NCBI GenBank assembly: GCA_951406725.2
Contig: OX597821.1
Span: 54,188,001-54,252,000 of the forward strand
DNA from: Octopus vulgaris
Taxonomy: Eukaryota
Length of the DNA stretch: 64,000 nucleotides
Reading direction: 5' to 3'
Part shown: positions 27,601-41,734 of the stretch, one piece after another
How positions within the stretch are numbered: position 1 is the first letter of the stretch
How the letters are laid out: the number at the start of each line of letters is the position of its first letter
The notes under the pieces: generated by a model
What the model saw: the letters and a program-made list of their open reading frames with translations, nothing else
Databases searched by the model: none
Told to the model about the DNA's origin: nothing
Program-made: the position numbers and the translations under genes

Positions 27601-30129
27601 AGGTTAAGAAACAACAAAAGGTGGTAAAACATATATAAGTGGGTGTTGTTGGATGTAACAGAAAGTATGAATTGCTTTTCCCTGTCTTTCAGGAGCTAAA
27701 AGTATTCTGAGTGAGTTGTGATATTTCTTTTGTTAATAGAACAAAATGAATGAGTATTTTGTGTGTATCAATCTTTAAAGGCATTCTTGATTATCCAATT
27801 ATATGCTTTTTCATTTTCTGTAGTTTCTATATCTGATATGAATTTCTTTCATCAGTTATTTTCCTTCAGAAGCACCGAGTTCTGTTGAGTTGTTTGCATG
27901 AGGTTTAGAGAATTTGGATTTTGATTAAATATTTGAAATTATTACTTGTGCAGTTATACCTGGCTTTGATAGAAATTTTGCTTATAATCTTATTATATAT
28001 GTACTGCTGCAAAGGCATTTGTTGGTTATGGTAGCCATTTCAACTATGTGAGGCCAAAAAACTTAAGATCTTGACACTGGCTACATCTTGAACAGGGGAG
28101 AAGAAATTTTCTTATTATGCTCCCATGTAGAGAAAGACAAACTTCAAGACTTGAAACATGTTCTTGTATCAGTAGTTTTCAAACTTAGAGCTGGAACATG
28201 GGGCAGTGAGGAAAAGAACTTCAGCTAAAATTTAAATTAAAATAAGGATTCTTTCTAACAAGTCAGGTATAGTTACACATACCTTCGTTTAAGAAACACA
28301 CATGCACTACGTTACACACATTGTTTTATGTTGAAAGATATCCTCATAAATTAACTCGGTACTGGACTGCTACTTATTTTATAGACTTTGGAAGGACAAA
28401 TGGCAAAGAGGATTTTGATGACATGTGATCTCAGAATGTAAAGGCACTCAAATGCTGCAATGCATTTTGTTCAATTTGGCAGGATTCTGCTTATCCTTAG
28501 GGTCATGATTAATCCCTGATTAATACCATTTTGGTATTTACTTTTAGTTAGGTGAGTTTAGTCATTTAGTACTCCGTGTTTTAGCATGAACTCTTCTTGG
28601 TTAACTACTCAGTTGCTTGTCTATTAAATTATCAGCTCAACGATTTATATTCTTTGTAACACAAATATTCTTTAGAATATGAAGAATTATTATAACTTCC
28701 TATTTCCTTTAAAACACACTCAAAAATATCACCCATCATGTTGCCAGTGATAAACTCTATACACATCATAAGAATAATATTCTCTTCAAAGCATAAGAAA
28801 TTATAAAATTCTGTGAAATTTATGACAACCTATTTCCAATTATCAATTTTTAAACTGATCACATATCAAAGATAGTTATTTAATAAATCACTGACTGCTT
28901 CCTGGAACTGATGTCATTATCAAATTTGTTGCAATTTTCTTTGAGTGTGACTATAAGCTGTAAATTATCTAAACCATTTCATCTCATGCCATATGCATGA
29001 TCTAGTGATTGTGAAGTTTATTTCCCAATCATATGATTCTAGGTTCAATCCCACAGTACATACAAATGTATTTTACTGTATATTTGTTAAGTGATTACTT
29101 TGGTATGTATGGTGAAGTGTATACTTTACCGATGAATTCTATTAAGACCAAAACATGAACTTGATGAGAAACACAAAATATGAAAGCCTTGCAAAAAGAT
29201 TATGGTTAAGACCCTTCTTTCATAGACTAAGCTACAGAACTCCTTTCATGTCCACAAAAAAAGAACAAGTAGTAAAAACTTATCAAAGAGTTAGAAATCT
29301 TACAGAGTATGATTATTTACTTATAGCAGTGAAATTACCCAATGTGATCAACAAAGATATTTGCAACACAAGGAGAAACAACAAAGAGTAATCGCATTAT
29401 TATAACCAGTTGATCTAACAAGTGCAACCTCACATCAGTAAAGGTGAAGACCAGTTTTCAATAAAGCCATCCAAGGCTCTGAAAGGGTGGACATTTGGTC
29501 CTGATGATGCCATAACACTGTTAGCATCTGGCAGCAGAGCTTTCAGCTGGTCGAACTTGCATCTTTTAGAAGTTGTTTGCAAATAAACTATATGAAAGAG
29601 TAAACAAATGAAAGAAAGTGGCACTCATTATTTTTAGTTCAAGTTTTGATAAAAGGTTTATATAATTTAAAGTTATAGGGTTGCACAAAGTGTTCACATT
29701 CTCATACAAACTATATGTGTGGATTCAAAAGAATTACCAATGAGGTGAGGAAGTGACAGTGATTCTTTTATTATATGTCCAAGACAGGATGTTGGTGTTA
29801 GGTTGGCAGATTTCAGTAGGATTTGACATTTCAGTAACAGCACATTGCCAATGGCATAATAATCAGTTTGGTAGCATCAGGTTACATATCAATTTATGTA
29901 GCAAGTATGGCTGCATGATGTAAATATAACCGACTGATAGTTGACTACAGTGATAGTATGCTGAAGATGAAATAATCTCACTATGTGCAAACAGAGATGT
30001 TATACTTTGTACATAAATATATATAGGGTAACCACGACTAGAGTCATATTTCTGGGCTTACTAGTAACCAGTGGTTTCACGTTTATTAAAGGAGTATATG
30101 TTTAGTGACAATAATTGGATAGATCAGTT

Positions 30130-30720
30130 TCTCTGTAGACAGATAAACTTTTATAGTTTATGCAATTCTCTGAGACACATAGCTGGTAATTATGATCTTC
30201 AGATGAAAAAGGAATCATGTTAAAGATGTTTCATACCATGTTAAGGGAGCTATTTCTTTGGTTCTGGAGAGAAGTAGATTTCTCCCTGTCCCTATACATG
30301 ATGGAGTACGCATGTTGCACAATTCTCCCTTTAAATTGCATTAGCTGTTATGCTTATTAATGCCTTGTAATGTCAATGGATGGCATGAAAGTGGCTCTAT
30401 AGACTTCAGCGTTTGAGAGACAGGATCCTCTTCTTAGTGGGCAGTCAGTGGCATTTCAACAGTTACAGATTTGGGTGGAACGTTTTTGGCTGTATGATTG
30501 TCTGATTTTGCATTCAATGTTGAAAAAGACATCTAAACAGGAATAGCTAGCCTTAACACTATGGAAATCAAAGAATTTAATTGTCAAATAAAGATTCAAG
30601 AAGCTTAAAGGTAAGTTATTGAAAACATTTACATGGAATGGAGGATTAAATCTGATTTCATCTGAGTCTATCAATCTCTTAGGATATAGGTTGTAATGGG
30701 ATTCATCCACAGACATCAAA
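30130..30720 (-). mobile_element. PLE (Neptune-like) linker/GIY-YIG fragment
   Basis: IRFNPPFHVNV, VKASYSCL, CNC*NATDCPL and LCLQRN/EK-like remnants. Confidence 0.75.
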
Positions 30721-30879
30721 TTATCAATAAAGCCATTCTCTCCTAGTATCTCATTATAATGGGATGTGATCCTGTTGAAGATCCCTCTCTATCTGCCACT
30801 GGAATGGAGATTCTTCTATAGAGCAAAAGATGTGGTTAATTGAGGCACCTTATATTATCTGATAACATCAAGGAACTAT

Positions 30880-32100
30880 TTTGGAGCTGCTGCTGTTTAT
30901 GGTGGAGCTTTCTGACATGTTATTAGTTGCACAGATAGCTACATTGTCTAGCTATGCTGATGACACAAAAGTATACAAGCAGCCAAGGAGCCTTTTGATG
31001 CTTGTCTTCTACAGAAAGACCTTGATGGGCTAAAGAAACCAACATTCAGTTTAATGCAGGGAAATTCCAAGCCTTTCATTATCAACTAGCTTGGATTTAC
31101 ATGCCACAACATTGATACTTTGGACCAAAAGAATTGGTAATCCCTGAGTACAGTATGTGATCTTGGGATTGATATGAACAGCAGTGCCTTGTTTCACATG
31201 CATATCACCAAAATGGTGGCAATGTACAAGTAAATGGGTGTATGTATTCTGAGAACTTCCAGAACAAGTGACCAGGAGTGGGGATAAACCTACATCACAG
31301 TAAGAAACTCATAAGAGAGCAGCAATCACATAAAAAGGGTCATTGAAAAGGTAATAACACTGGAAACACCCCAGTATAGCCACAACCTTTGAGCTGAAAT
31401 GTGTAAAAGAAAAAATATAGCTACATATATATTGAACATATAATTATGTTCTTGCTTAATCTTTTTTATTAAGGCTTTTGACTTTTTTATTTGGTTGGTT
31501 ATCAGATTAGGAAGTGCATTGGCTTCTGTGATGCAGCTTTTACTATGGTGAAAGAAATTGTACCTTTGATATCACTAAACATTCCAACCATGTCTGGCAC
31601 AAAAACCTTCTGTAAAGCAGTTTGCAGCTACATCCATCTATTCTCACTTAGACTGGTTGGTTTCTGTTAGACTGCACTCTCGTGGCTTGTGCTGATGGAG
31701 TTCTCTTTGATGTGATGCCACCCAGAATTCAGTTTTGTCTCCCATACTTTCCTTTTCATACCTTATTGACCTATATGCCACCAACTCAAACAGTGCTCAT
31801 TCCTACATAGATGATAATACTCATTATTTCTCTCTAACCTTCCATACTCAAGCATCATCTGCATAAAACATAGATACCTTTTGGTAAATTTGCTCTAATT
31901 CAATGAAAATAAAGCTTTATGGAATCAAGCCAAACTTTTCACCTTCAGCAGCAAAGGGATACAACTCTGCACATGTAAAGAAAATGTCAATACAATCCTA
32001 AACTCCTAAACATGAACAGCATGCATCCAAAGCCTTCCACATTGCTGGGTCTCAGCATCATCTCATCTAGCAATGAGATTAATCAATGTCTGTAAAAAAT
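30880..32100 (+). mobile_element. Two decayed CR1/Jockey-group RT fragments
   Basis: SYADDTKV...LQKDLD at about 30950-31025, and HSYIDDNT at about 31800. Confidence 0.6.
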
Positions 32101-32574
32101 ACCTATTGCTGATATTCACAGGAAACACAAATGCAGTTAATGGTTGGCAGGAGATTGCAGTTCTGAAGATGCACGATTGGTCATTAGTGTTAATTGTCTT
32201 AAGCAACGAATTATAAAACCACAAACAATATGTGCAGTAAACAACAGCTGGAATGCATGGTTCACAGATCTCATTTCATAGATAATGACTAATAAAATGG
32301 AAATTACAAAAAAATTTTAAAAATGACAATAGAAGCTATGTAACAGGGATGTATTAGATATGCTAGCAGAATGAAGAAATAAGACATTAGTACTACATGA
32401 TTTAATATCGTTAGATAATAACTGGTATTGTTATTAGTGTTTGTTGTTGTCTTCATTTGATCCTATCCATTTTATGTCATCTGGCTGTTTACAGCTCAAA
32501 GACATTTCAGATCATTATTATATTTTAATGACAAACAAGCCATGTTCAGGAAACTAACCATCCCCCCACCCTGC

Positions 32575-32600
32575 AATATGATAATGATGATGATCATGGT

Positions 32601-32631
<31 letters not shown>

Positions 32632-32670
32632 ATCGTTGCTATCGTCATCATGATGTTCATCATCATCATT

Positions 32671-32709
<39 letters not shown>

Positions 32710-32772
32710 GTTATTATTATCATTATTAGCAGTAGTAGTAGAAGTAGTAGTAGTAGTAGCAGTAGTAGTATA
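32575..32772. repeat. (ATC)n/(AGC)n/(AGT)n compound microsatellite
   Basis: Read directly from the sequence. Confidence 0.95.
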
Positions 32773-33220
32773 ATCCCAAGAATATTCTATGACTTGCGTA
32801 GTGAAAATAAAGCCTAATTCTCTCATAAACAATACAAACACAATACACACATTTGAATTCACCCACAATATGTACGCTATCTTGCATGTGAGAAAATATT
32901 GTCTATGGCTTCACTAAATATCACAATATATATGTGCACACACATACACACATGCATAGAGAATGAGAGCAATCATTATCATCTTGCTGTTTTCACCATC
33001 AGTTTAGTTTCCTATCTTAATATGGTTTACAAGTATTATTATTTTTCTAGAGTCAGATTTCTTTAATGCTAAATCTGATGACAGCCAATGTTGATATAGC
33101 TGAGTAATTAAGAAGTTGCTTGTAATCACATGTTACTAGGTTCGTTATCATTGTATAGTACTGTGTGCACTTTTCTTTAACTGTGGCCTTGGTTTGGTCA
33201 ATAATTTGGGTAATAAATTT

Positions 33221-33455
33221 AGGTGCTGAGCTGGCAGAAACGTTAGCATGCTGAGCGAAATGCATAGCAGTATTTTGTCTGTCTTTACGTTCTGAGTTCA
33301 AATTCCGCCAAGGTTGACTTTATCTTTCATCCTTTCGGGGTCGATGAAATAAGTACCAGTTACGTTCTGAGGTCAATGTTATTGACTTAATTCCTTTGTC
33401 TGTCCTTGTTTGTCCCCTCTATGTTTAGCCCCTTGTGGGCAACAAAGAAATAAAT
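33221..33455 (+). mobile_element. SINE family A
   Basis: Nearly identical to 52138-52370. Confidence 0.85.
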
Positions 33456-34799
33456 AATTTAGTTAAGAGATTTGTAGCTGCAAACTGTACAGATGGTGGT
33501 CATACACACACACAAGCATATTTGTCCCTCCTCAAATGTTCTACTATATTTACCATTCTACCTCATCTTCCCTCCAAGAATTCCCTATACGAAGGATAGC
33601 ATCAGATCTGTTTATGTCCAATACATCCTTCCAGCATTTTTATGCTGCCAGCCATCCTTCTTCTTCTCCAGTCCACTTGCTATTGCCACCCATCCCACTT
33701 TCATCATCATCTATTTCTATTACTTTATCTGTATCTGTCACACAAGCACGCATGTAACTGCCATCACTGTCACTCTTTCATTACCTCCTCCAGCTATATC
33801 ACTCTCTCATTCTTCTCACTCTTTCTTTTGCAACACTCTCATTGCAATGACTCTGTTTCTCTTAATCATACTCTCAGCACTGCTTACTCAAACAGACCTT
33901 TAGGCACTTTCAAGTTCTAGCTCATGTAATTCTTGCAGTTCTTTTTTGTGTGTGTCTGTGTGTGTGTGTGTGTACGCGCACACACACATGTTTAAATATA
34001 TATTGTTGTTGCCATAAGAATTTGAGAGAATATGAAATAATTCTTTTTGGGAACAGTGAATCTCGAAGCTCATAAAATTCTAAATAGTATTTATGCCCTA
34101 TTATTCACTTTTCTAAAAAAGATGTGTGTGTGTGTGTGCATATGCATGTGTGTGTGTATGTCTGTATGTGCATGCATGTATGTGTGTGTATATGTGTATG
34201 TGTGTACACACATATTTAATAAAAGTTTGATGCAGCTACATATCGCTTAAAGTTTTGTAAATATAGGACAAGTTTTGTAAGTGTTGGATGTATCCAACTC
34301 ATCAGATGTTTGCAGACAGAGAAGTGAATCTGAAAGAGAATTCAATATGACTTCTAGGTGTTAAGGCTTCTATTTATCAACTGATGTCAAATGGTCATAA
34401 TGCTACAAAGGTGACATCAGTGAATTTCTTTTATTTTTGGTCCACATTTCACAGACAGAATGTTGTTTGCTGTAAGGATGTTGGAAACTCTTTTGATGCC
34501 AGTCCACTGTGTGCTATATTTTGGGATACCAGCTCCTTGTATTTGGTAACACACTTGCTGGGGTCGGCCCCCATCACTTGATTAGTCATCATATTGTGAA
34601 ATTTGAATACATTAATGTCAGCACTCATTATACTGAGATTACTATTTTGATGTTTTTAGGCTACGAGTGAGGTTGTGTGACCAGCATGAATAGACTAAAG
34701 TTTATATGGGTAGTAAGGCTGAAATACCCTGCTGTTTTTTGGGGGGTTGGCTAAGCCTAGGTTAGTATAATTGGATTATCAACAGCTAGAGGATTGAAG

Positions 34800-36220
34800 T
34801 TCATTAACAGAGCATCATCTAGCAATACTCCTAAGATAGCTTATTCTTCCTATTAATGAATACAACATCCGAGTGGGGTATGTGCCATTTCTCACAGAGG
34901 CATAAGTGGCAATTATGGACTCAAGGTGAGTAAGGAGGAGCTTTGTCAAGGACACCCCATTTGATGTTGGGCAAATCATTTCAATAGTCCTGGAATCTCC
35001 AGATGAAGTGGGATAGAGAAGTAGAGTTTTCCCTTTTGCTACACCTGAAGAAGTATATTTGTTGTGTATATCTTCCATTAAAATCATTGGCTGTCATACT
35101 CATTAGATGGTATGCGAGTGGCTAGATAGTCTATAGCGTTTTAGAAATGGAACACTCTCAATGGGAAGTAGATAGGATTTTGGCAGTTACATACTGGAGT
35201 GTTAGATAGAGGCTTTGTAGGTGTGTTTATGTTTGAACAATGTTATCAGAATATGAGTAGGTAACCTAAATGATATAGGAATTAAAGAGTTTTAATTCCT
35301 AATTTTAAATTCCTAATTCTAAATTAGCACCAGGAAACTCTTGGATACATTAGTGGAAACCTTTACATTGCATATGGGGTTAAATCAAATTAGCTTTGTC
35401 TCTCTAACTCCCTTCATGAATGGGGAAATCCTCCTTATACACTAATTTATCCATAAAATTTCTTCCCACTAATGCCTCACCATAACGGAATATAGTACAG
35501 TATACAATTTCCTTATCATCTGATGGAGTAATGTTTTTTTCTACTGATGTCTGTGTCTAGATTTCTAAATACACCTGTGGTGTTGTTAAGGTGTCTATGG
35601 ATATAAATAGTCTACTCAGTGGGCCTTCTATAGGTGTACTACTTGCTGAAGCTGAACTTTGTCAAATTTTGTAGTAACATAATTATACCAAATTCTTTGA
35701 AGATCTTTAACTGCTTCTTTCTTAATTTATCCATGACATGGCTGTTCATATGCTTATGGATTGCCAAGCTATCTTTCCTATACAGGGTCAAACAATAAGG
35801 TTGTATGCATTTTGAAGAGTAGCAAGATGAACACTTGACAGGGTTAGTGATCACAGTGCCATCATAGCTCCCTAAGGACATGTCAAATAGTAGGTTGCCT
35901 TCCTTTTTTACCCAGTTGTGAAACAGGACTGACGTTTTTACATTCATGATGGTTCTAATAAGAAGATCATTGATTTTTATGAATTGTCTACCAAAGTCTA
36001 AGGCCTTCAGGAAGAGGGATCTCAATACTGAAGAATAGAAATCTCTTATATCAAACTGGGTAATGTTTCAGGTAGCTTTAGTCTTGATGCTGCACAACCT
36101 CTTGATTACTAAAGTTCTACAATTCTAGTGTGGCAACCCTGCTCCCTTCTGATATTGTAATGGGTGGCATTGAGTATATACTTACTTATGATGCCTATCT
36201 TGGTTTTGGTGGTGTTGGTC
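34800..36220 (-). mobile_element. Decayed PLE reverse transcriptase and downstream region
   Basis: FDIRDFYSS, FDMSLGSYDG, LYRKDSLAI (LYRDDGL-like) and LI*FNP..STNV. Confidence 0.8.
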
Positions 36221-36342
36221 AGCCTACATTTGAGACTGGAAAGGAAGATGGGTTTGAGGTCCTTAATGGTGATATGAGAAGGAACAAATTATGAGATGAT
36301 CCAAATGTTCCTCTAGCTTTACAAGGCTGGCTAGCTCTTTCA

Positions 36343-36490
36343 AACACACGCACATGCACACACATGTGCACACATGCACACACTTGTACACACATGTGCA
36401 CACATGCACACACATGCACACACATGCACACACACACACACACACATGTATACATGCGCATGCATGCACACACACATACACACACACAAA
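36343..36490. repeat. (CACACATG)-type 10-bp degenerate tandem repeat
   Basis: Read directly from the sequence. Confidence 0.9.
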
Positions 36491-39144
36491 GGGAAAGACA
36501 AAGACAAACTGGCCACTGTATCTTCTATCTTCTAAAAATGAAAACTTATCAAATAGTGATATATAAAAGGGAAATGTAAAATTTAGTGAAAACATTGTAA
36601 ACATTATTTAAAGAATGGCAATTTGCAGAATAGTTTGATGGGAATAAACATTTTGATTTGTCCTTTCTATATACATGAACAATATTTACTCCATTTCTTG
36701 AAATTAAAATAGTTATAAAAACATTGTTATAGCAGGAGTGATGTTAAAGAAGTGAAACTAAGTTAAAGATAGAAATATGATGTAGAAAAATGAACACCAT
36801 AGAGAGTGAGGTATGGGTTTAGCAAAGAGGATATTTAAACTGAGCAGAGGGAGCAGTAAGTATTTCAAAAATATATCAAATTCGAATTTTAAAAGAAATA
36901 TTATTGTAAATAGACTCCAAAACTTGTTTATAATTTTGGTCACATATTTAGATATGCTTGCATTAGCATCATTATCTTCATGTGTGTGTGTGTGTGTGCG
37001 CGCATGTGTGTGTGTATAAGATTGTTAGAGTCAAGCTCTTGCTATGTTATTACAAAGTAGGAATTAGACAACGTGATACAATACCAGAATCTTTATTCAC
37101 TATTATACTAGTGAAAATGATGAAGCAGATAATGAAAACATAAAAGTTGTTTGACCTTCTTTATTGGCATTCAGCTATACTATTTAGCTTATGTTGATAA
37201 AATTACAGAAACACAGTAGCTTCATCACTTCCATTTTGTTTCAATTCAAGTTGGACTGCAAGTCAATTCTGGCAAAATTCAAGTAATGATTTGGTATTTT
37301 GGAACCTTGATCAAATGGTGAATTGGATATTACCGGCTGAATTGGAGTAAAATTTGCTACTTAAGTGCAGCTTAAAAAATGGAATCTAAGATAAAACATA
37401 AGATCAATAGAAGTATTGTATGAAAATACCATAAGACTTCAGTTGATAAAGATGCTATAAAAACTGTCAGTGCTTTTTATACTCTTAGGGTGCCATTAGC
37501 TGAGTACATTGTGTAACAAGGACTCGGGGCAGGATAACTTCCCCCACCTCATCCCACTAATCTGTAAAATTCTGAAAAAGAAGACACATCTTTCTGTAAG
37601 TACTGTAAATTAAAAAGAAAAGAATATACAGAAAATATAGACACTTACCTGCAAGAAAGACATTTCTGTAGAAAGGAAGATGCTTCTATAAGTACTTACC
37701 TGCAATTATAAAAAAAATACGTTTCTGTAAGAAATTTATCTGCAAGTATCAAATGTATCAACTTTTTACTACAAATATTACAATTCCTTATTCAATATGT
37801 CATACTGTACTTGTATCAACAATGAGACGGAATGACAGTTGCAGAGAAGTAGTGTATAGCTTGTTTTACAAAGACAAAATATTCTTTTACAGATTTATAG
37901 TAATGATAATTCACCCCTAGTCCTTGACTGGTAGTTTTATTTTTTCCAACCTCAGGTGGATAAGAGGCAAAGTTGATCTCAGCATGATTTGAGCTCAGAA
38001 CATAAAGAGCCAAAGAAGATACTGCAGGTATTTTGTTTGACATTCTAATGGATTTCTCAATGGTATTTAATTGATTAATGGTTAATTGATTTATGATAAG
38101 GAAATGCTTCAATAGTCAACATGCCAACTTCTCTACCATAAAGATAAAATATTTTCATAACAAACTTAACATGTAAAGACTAAATTTTGATGGGTGTTCT
38201 TGTAACAATAGTAAGAGTAGGTAGTCTGGCATAATTTGCTTTTTACTTAACCATTGAAGAGAAGCCTGCTTATGACATTTGTAGCTTTTTTCTGGCAAGA
38301 GAAATTTAGGAAATTGAAATCAAGTTTGAATGTCTGTTCAGTTGACACTTGTAAGAAACATTTCGTCACCAGGGAATTTCTGAAGGTGACATTCTTGAGA
38401 AGAAGTATGAAGGACAAGGAAGGATTGGTGTGAGGTTCAGAGAGGATTGTAATAAATAGATTTAGCTAAAGGTTGCGTATTGCTGTTTCTGGGAGCAAAG
38501 CTCATAGTAATATCACAGATGAGGCACCGAGAAAAATAATGTAACTGAGAGCCAGTTATTTTGATGTGTTGAAGTGTATGTGTGCCAATCAGCTGAATGC
38601 CATTTCAAATAGGCATTGAAAAATAAAGTAAAATTCTATAAAAGAAGTATGCAAATATATATAATACAGCATGGATTTCTGTTATCTAACCTTCAAGAAG
38701 CCATTGTTTATGGATTAAATATTGATGTTGTAAGATTATTCACTATCACTAACCCCCATAAGTATCGATACATTATTTATTATCAGCCTTTCATTATCAT
38801 CATCAATTCAACTGTATATGTTGAGTTATTTATTTAGTTTTCTAAGATATTTTTTTGCTTCTAACAATCTTGGAGAGAACGTATATTTAATCAAAAGCAA
38901 ACTCACAATCATTCAGATATATTTATGTGGGTTGAGTCAATGTGGAGGATTTGACACCAAGAGTTTTCAGGTCATGATAACGTGTTTTTAATTTTACACG
39001 AAGTGCCCTAAGTAATATTATAAAGCATAACAGTAAAATAGAAAATACTGTAATGTGATAATTCAATGAAAATAAATAATTTAGTAAACTTATAACAAAT
39101 GTAAAAAAAATTTTTCTTCCACTGTCTCTCTCTACCCGTCTCTG

Positions 39145-39221
<77 letters not shown>

Positions 39222-39231
39222 GCATGTATGT

Positions 39232-39637
39232 ATACTCTTTACTCTTTTACTTGTTTCAGTTATTTGACTGTGGCCATACTGGAGCACAGCCTTTAGTTGA
39301 GCAAATCAACCCTAGGACTTATTCTTTGTAAGCCTAGTACTTATTCTATCGGTCTCTTTTGCCGAACTGCTAAGATATGGGGACGTAAACACACTGCCAT
39401 CGGTTGTCAAGCGATATTGGGGGACAAACGCAGACACACAAACATATACACACACATGCATATATATATATACATATATACGACGGGCTTCTTTCAGTTT
39501 CCGCCTATCAAATCCACTCACAAGGCTTTGGTCGGCCAGAAGCTATAGTAGAAGACACTTGTCCAAGGTGCCATGCAGTGGGACTAAAACTGGAACCATG
39601 TGGTTGGTAAACAAACTACTTACCACACAGCCACTCC
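39232..39637 (-). mobile_element. SINE family B, full length
   Basis: Collinear with 56762-57186. Confidence 0.88.
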
Positions 39638-39768
39638 AACAATCATGCTCATATTGGAACTGGTAACACCTGTCCCTCAAGGTTAAGCTTGTTTGAAATT
39701 TAAGTGCATTTTCAGCAATACATTTTCCTATATTTTTTCCTGCATGGAAACACCACTCCCTCTTTTGC

Positions 39769-39799
<31 letters not shown>

Positions 39800-39805
<6 letters not shown>

Positions 39806-40003
39806 AATTGTTCCCCCACCATCGCTTGACAACCAATGTCGGTATGTTTATGTACCCATAACTTAGTGGTTCCGCGAAAAAGACCAGTAGAATAAGTATT
39901 AGGCTTACAAAAAATAAGTCCTGGGGTTGAATTGTTCGACCAAAGGTGGTGCTGCAGCATGGCTGCAGTCAAATGAGTGAAACAAGTAAAAGAATAAAAG
40001 AAT
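39800..40003 (+). mobile_element. SINE family B 3' half, inverted relative to the neighbouring copy
   Basis: Reverse complement of 39232-39430. Confidence 0.85.
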
Positions 40004-41519
40004 ACAGCTATTTAATTTTCCTTTTACTTTGACTGGTATTTTTCCAGCTTAAATCATTCAACAAATGGTTCTTTTTAATGGTTTGGTCTGATGGATGAGA
40101 CTATGTCTATGAGTTTTACAGATTCTCCAAGATCAACGGGGTTGGTATTGCTTTATTGTTGAACAAATGAATGTTTACAACTACAGAGGATGAAAAAAAT
40201 GCATTCCAGGAGAGAAAACCTGCTGTACGACATTGTGAGGAACAATGATTGAGTTAGTGGTTGGTGTGTGAACAACAGTGGTTTTCTTTGATTTTTTTTT
40301 TACACATTCTTATTTACACTGTTTTTTTTTTTTACTTCTTTGTTAATAGCAAATATGTCAGCCATTAAATTACATTTTTGTGAGTTCTGCTGTCATTTTC
40401 TTCCTTGATAATTCAAGCACACAAAGATTTAGCTAAAGAGAAACGACAATTTATTGAAATCAAATGTTATCAAAAAAAAAAAGCTTCTATTGGAGCCAGA
40501 CAAAGAGAGTACAAGTAATATCACAATAAAAGAACTGTAAATAGATTGCTACAAGAATGTTTCAGGAAATGAGAGTAAATAATGTATCATATGAAAAAGA
40601 AGGAACAGAGAAAGAACAACCACAATTACAGCAAGAAGAAATATATGAGTAGTGTTCTCATCACTACAGATAGTGTCATGCCACAACAGTTGTTATTTGA
40701 GCAGGGGTAACAGGAGAAAACACAAATTCTGTGATTTTGAATTTCTTTAACATGTCATATGAATATATGATACTGGTGAAGATATTCTTTTTATGCTTCA
40801 GCTAGATATTGAATTGTTGCACAAAGTAATGAATAAAATCTTTGGTGTTGAGTGATGAAAGATCCGAATTGACTGTGCAGGAAATACAAATGTACATTAG
40901 TAAAAAGAGGCCAAGAAGGTAGTTTAGAAATGAGGCAATGCTAAATGAAGGACATATAGTACACTGTTAGTGCTTGTATAAAAGGGTAAGCAAGAGATTG
41001 ACAGTACTGAAGTGCATAATCAATAACAAAAATTTTCTGAGATGACCATAAAGCCAGAATGATGTTCTATAGAATTCCTTAATTTCTTTGTACAATGATT
41101 TCCATTTCAAAAGATTTCAAAGTCAGCTGACAAACAGTCTGTCTATTCAGGCTAAACTCTAGAATAGCTATTCTTGATAAAATCTTGATGTTTCAAATAC
41201 TATGTTCTTTAGGTGACAAAATGATAAAATTCGAAAGATCTAGTCAGTTTTAAAGATGTTTATGTTTGAACAATTGCAAGATTATAATTGGGATATCTGG
41301 TAGCTGTTGTTGTTATAGAATTATCGACTTTCTGTCTGTTCTCCTGCTGTTTCCAATGTGTTAGGATTTCCCTCTTAGCGTTACCCACGCTTCTGTTTTT
41401 GTCTAGCTCTAAAGCTATGTTCTGTTTATCTTTATATTTCATTCTTGTCCCTTGACCATCCGCCAACGATCTTGTCTTGAATTGCATTCATTCATATTTT
41501 TTTTTTTTTTTTTTTTTTG

Positions 41520-41734
41520 TACTTGTTTCAGTAATTTGAATGCGGCCATGCTGGAGCACCGCCTTTAGAGTGGTGAAAGAGTACAGCAGGGATCACCACC
41601 TCCTGCCGGAGCCTCGTGGAGCTTTTAGGTGTTTTTTCGCTCAATAAACACACACAACGCCCGGTCTGGGAATCGAAACCGCGATCCTCCGACCGCAAGT
41701 CCGCTGCCCTAACCACTAGGCCATTGCGCCTCCA
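41520..41734 (-). mobile_element. Young tRNA-headed SINE joined to a family-B tail
   Basis: tggaggcgcaatggcctagtggttagggc...ggtttcgattccc has A and B boxes and is CpG-rich. It lacks an acceptor stem, so it is not a tRNA. Confidence 0.8.

Noticed and set aside
27693-27710. Plus-strand micro-exon with good splice sites
   Set aside because: No partner exons, and such matches are expected by chance.
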